This document shows, one piece after another, positions 61,190-64,000 of a DNA stretch of 64,000 bases. This stretch comes from Stegostoma tigrinum (lineage: Eukaryota). The notes below the pieces were generated by a model that was not told the DNA's origin, made no database searches, and was given only the letters and a program-made list of their open reading frames with translations. A program made the position numbers and the translations under genes. The DNA is taken from positions 14,145,914 to 14,209,913 of the forward strand of contig NC_081386.1 in assembly GCF_030684315.1 (NCBI RefSeq), given 5' to 3'. Each line of letters opens with the position of its first letter. The first letter of the stretch is position 1.

Positions 61190-61365
61190 TAGTTATACAG
61201 CATGGAAACAGACCCTTCTCTCTCTCCTGTTCATGCCAAGCGTAATCCCAAACTAAAACTAGTCCCGCCTGCCTGCTCCTGACCCATATCCCTCCAAACT
61301 TTTCCCTATTCATGTACCTATCCAAGAGCCTTTTAAACATTGTAATTGTACCCACATCCACCACT
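61190..61365 (-). mobile_element. CR1-type LINE 3' end
   Basis: 'VVDVGTITMFKRLLDRYMN' followed by a 3' UTR like the 33.8 kb copy. Confidence 0.8.
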
Positions 61366-62168
61366 ACGTTCTAAAACCATAGGAGCAACTTTCATTCCTT
61401 TGACAGTGTATGGCTCGTCTACCATCTTTTCATATTTGCCACTGCTTTGTCACAAACCTCATTCAAAATTGGAAGCCAGATAAGTAGCTGTAAGCATTTT
61501 GGATGACTGAAATCACCGCTTTGGCCCTACCACAAACTCTGCTTTCGTACCTGTGTCCAATCTCCTGTCTCAGTCACAATATCAAGTCAAAATATTGAAA
61601 ACATTTGGTCTCACATTTGACCCCAAGCTGAACTTTCATCAACATATTTCAATGGAACGAAATTTAAAGGGTGTTGTAGTGAAGTGGTAGTAACCCTGTG
61701 CTTGGGTCACACGCTGTATCAAGTTCCACAACCCCTGAAGATGGACTCTCTTTGATTTAAAAAGAAGAAAATTGAAGCATTCTAGGTTAAAGTGATAATG
61801 TCCTCTTTGAGCCAGAGAACCTGGTTTACAGACTCACCTATCATGGCATCATACCATAACACATTCATCCTGGTAATGTTGCCTGTAAAGTTGTTTAAAA
61901 TTTTAAAGTTGTATTTCATCTCTGTACTAGCCCCGTTCCAGCCCTGCAATACCCACCATTATCCCTGCAATTCTGCATGCCTGACTTTAGCTTCTGAACA
62001 CCCTTTGAAAATATCTTGCCTGTTAATTGAATAATAGATAGTGTAGGGATAGTGTACCAGACTCTGGTTATGTAGATTTTACTTGTCATCAGTCAGGGCT
62101 AAAGATAATTTGATTATAAGGGTGTCTTTAGCTCAATAGTTGCTAATCTATTTGCTGTTTCTGTGCAG

Positions 62169-62276
62169 ATGGGATTGTCAGCCAATTGAAGAAACAGGCA
62201 GGACCAAGCTCTGTAGAAATTAAAACTGCTGAAGATTTGGAGAGCTTCATTAATGATGCTGATGCTTCTGTTGTTG
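62169..62276 (+). CDS. PDIA3: PDIA3 exon 4
   Basis: (D)[35 protein letters not shown]; 108 bp. Confidence 0.97.
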
Positions 62277-63143
62277 GTGAGTAGCTATCAGTAAAACCTG
62301 AGTGGGACATGTTTGTTTTTAGGTGAGCGTGACCAAGTTACTCGTGAAATATAAATCTGTTGCTACAACAATCTTTCAGAATAGGATTTAAGGGATTGCA
62401 TTGTTACATTAAACTTTAAATAATTTATTTACTACTGTCTGAGCAAACTGGGCATGTCTGCTTGATGTTTGTACAAGTTTATATATGAAAGAGGTAAACA
62501 ATGAGAATTAGGAATTCTTCACCTTGTCGTGCATCTGACATTGGGAAGGAGAGCAATTCAAGTGTACCACGTCAATTTTGCAATACCTTCCAGGAAGGTG
62601 AAAGGTAGAACTGGAAGAGCTTGACGATCCAGTACTGATATTGAGCCAATTCAGTAAATCTTTAGGTTTGTGCTTGTCCTCATTGTCGCAGCTAACATGG
62701 AAACTTCCTTAGGACTCCAATTTGTGCCAAATTATGCATTAATTCCAGAAGTGACCTGCTTAACACTTGCTTGTGCTAGCCATGTGATTTGTTCATTATT
62801 ATTTAATTAATCATTCTGGGTTTGGCTAATTCCTTGATTCTTCTACAAAGGAACTGAACTTCTTTCCAAACTTGCTACTTAATAATAAAAGCCTTCTTTA
62901 ACTTTACTTTAAGTTGCTATGCCATCGTTGTATTCCTTTTTTTGCATTGTTCTAAAGTAAAGGGATAGAATCAGATTTTTTTTAGTTTACTTCTGCTTGC
63001 TGAGCATGCATCTTTTAAAAAGTATTTCTGACCTTTAACTCCTTGCTTTTCATGTGCACTTTTACTGAAAATTTCAGTAACAACTATAAATCTGTTTGCC
63101 AAAATTCTTCATGTTCAAATCAATGTGTGTGCCTGTTGTACAG

Positions 63144-63273
63144 GTTTCTTTGAAGACTCTGCTAGCTCAGGCCAGGCTGACTTTGTCAAGGCAGCAAGTG
63201 CAATGAGGGAGAACTACCGTTTTGCGCACACTAATACAGAGGAATTACTGGAGAAATATGACATCAAGGGCAA
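63144..63273 (+). CDS. PDIA3: PDIA3 exon 5 (gene continues beyond the window)
   Basis: (G)FFEDSASSGQADFVKAASAMRENYRFAHTNTEELLEKYDIKG; 130 bp; donor AA|GTAAGT. Confidence 0.96.
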
Positions 63274-63644
63274 GTAAGTACTTCATTGTAATGGGAGCTA
63301 TCCAGAGTTAACCAAATGACTACTGCTTTGTAGTCAATAGATAAATGCTTTAATATTGTGCAACTGTTTTTAAAAAAAATCCACTTTTTAAAATTTTATA
63401 CTGTCAGTCTTTTGCTCTAAAACCTTTTCAGTTGTAATCTTCTGTTGATTTTTCAAGGCCACTTCCAGAAGTGTCCCCTTTTTTCTTTGAAAATCTGTTT
63501 TTGATTTTAAATTTCAATTCTGTTGTTTGTGAAAAGCCTGCAGTTCAACGTAATCACTATATCTAGACTGATGAATTAAGTAATAAGTAATTCTTTATCT
63601 GCAACTACAAACCAATTGAATACTTGGGGCCATGCTAAAATGTG

Positions 63645-64000
63645 CACTGATGTTGTTGACTTGCTTGCTGAGCTGGCTTGTTCTTGTTCAGATATTTTGT
63701 CACTCGTTAGTGACATCACTGGTATACTGTGCAGTGACTGCCACAAACATTACATTGGACAGACAGGAAGGTAACTAGCCGTCAGAATACAGTGTAACAA
63801 ACTCTCGTTAATAATGGTACTCTCAGACAACCGAGACCATGCTAACTGGGACAAGGTAACCATAGTAGCCCAAGCCAAACATATACGCACGGGAATTCCT
63901 CAAGGCATGCTTCTGCGCCTGGTAATACAGTCAACAAACATGTAGAATTGGATACCATATAAATCCATACAGATTGAAAACAGAAATGACACTATTCACC
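63645..64000 (+). mobile_element. Second-clade Penelope-like element fragment (endonuclease C-terminus) with an inverted terminus
   Basis: Broken 'NWDKVTIVAQAKH...EFLKA...NTVNKHVELDTI' at about 63840-63960; decayed hammerhead-like inverted terminus at about 63688-63722. Confidence 0.6.

Overview
Vertebrate genomic DNA. The repeat content (HE1-type tRNA-derived SINEs, CR1 LINEs, Penelope termini) points to a cartilaginous fish; the species cannot be fixed from sequence alone. Two spliced genes lie head-to-head. CATSPER2 (sperm Ca2+ channel subunit) is on the minus strand, with 12 coding exons at 44266-15251 that splice in frame to about 497 aa. The first five exons of PDIA3/ERp57 are on the plus strand from 52358 and the gene runs off the right edge. 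A CpG island at about 52050-53110 holds an ERSE-like PDIA3 promoter and a probable antisense CATSPER2 promoter and non-coding first exon inside PDIA3 intron 1. A second housekeeping-type promoter at about 2700-3050 probably starts a minus-strand gene that leaves the left edge. The most striking non-genic signal is a young Penelope-like element family. Its terminus carries a minimal hammerhead ribozyme motif (CUGAUGA-stem II-GAAAC-GUC), present about 14 times, mostly as TSD-flanked inverted-repeat insertions. Also present: a decayed Gypsy element with the unusual INT-RT-RNaseH order (Gmr1-like), a 3'-truncated U2 snRNA retro-fragment, and a duplicated unexplained segment of about 160 bp. All calls come from manual reading and translation; no database searches were run.
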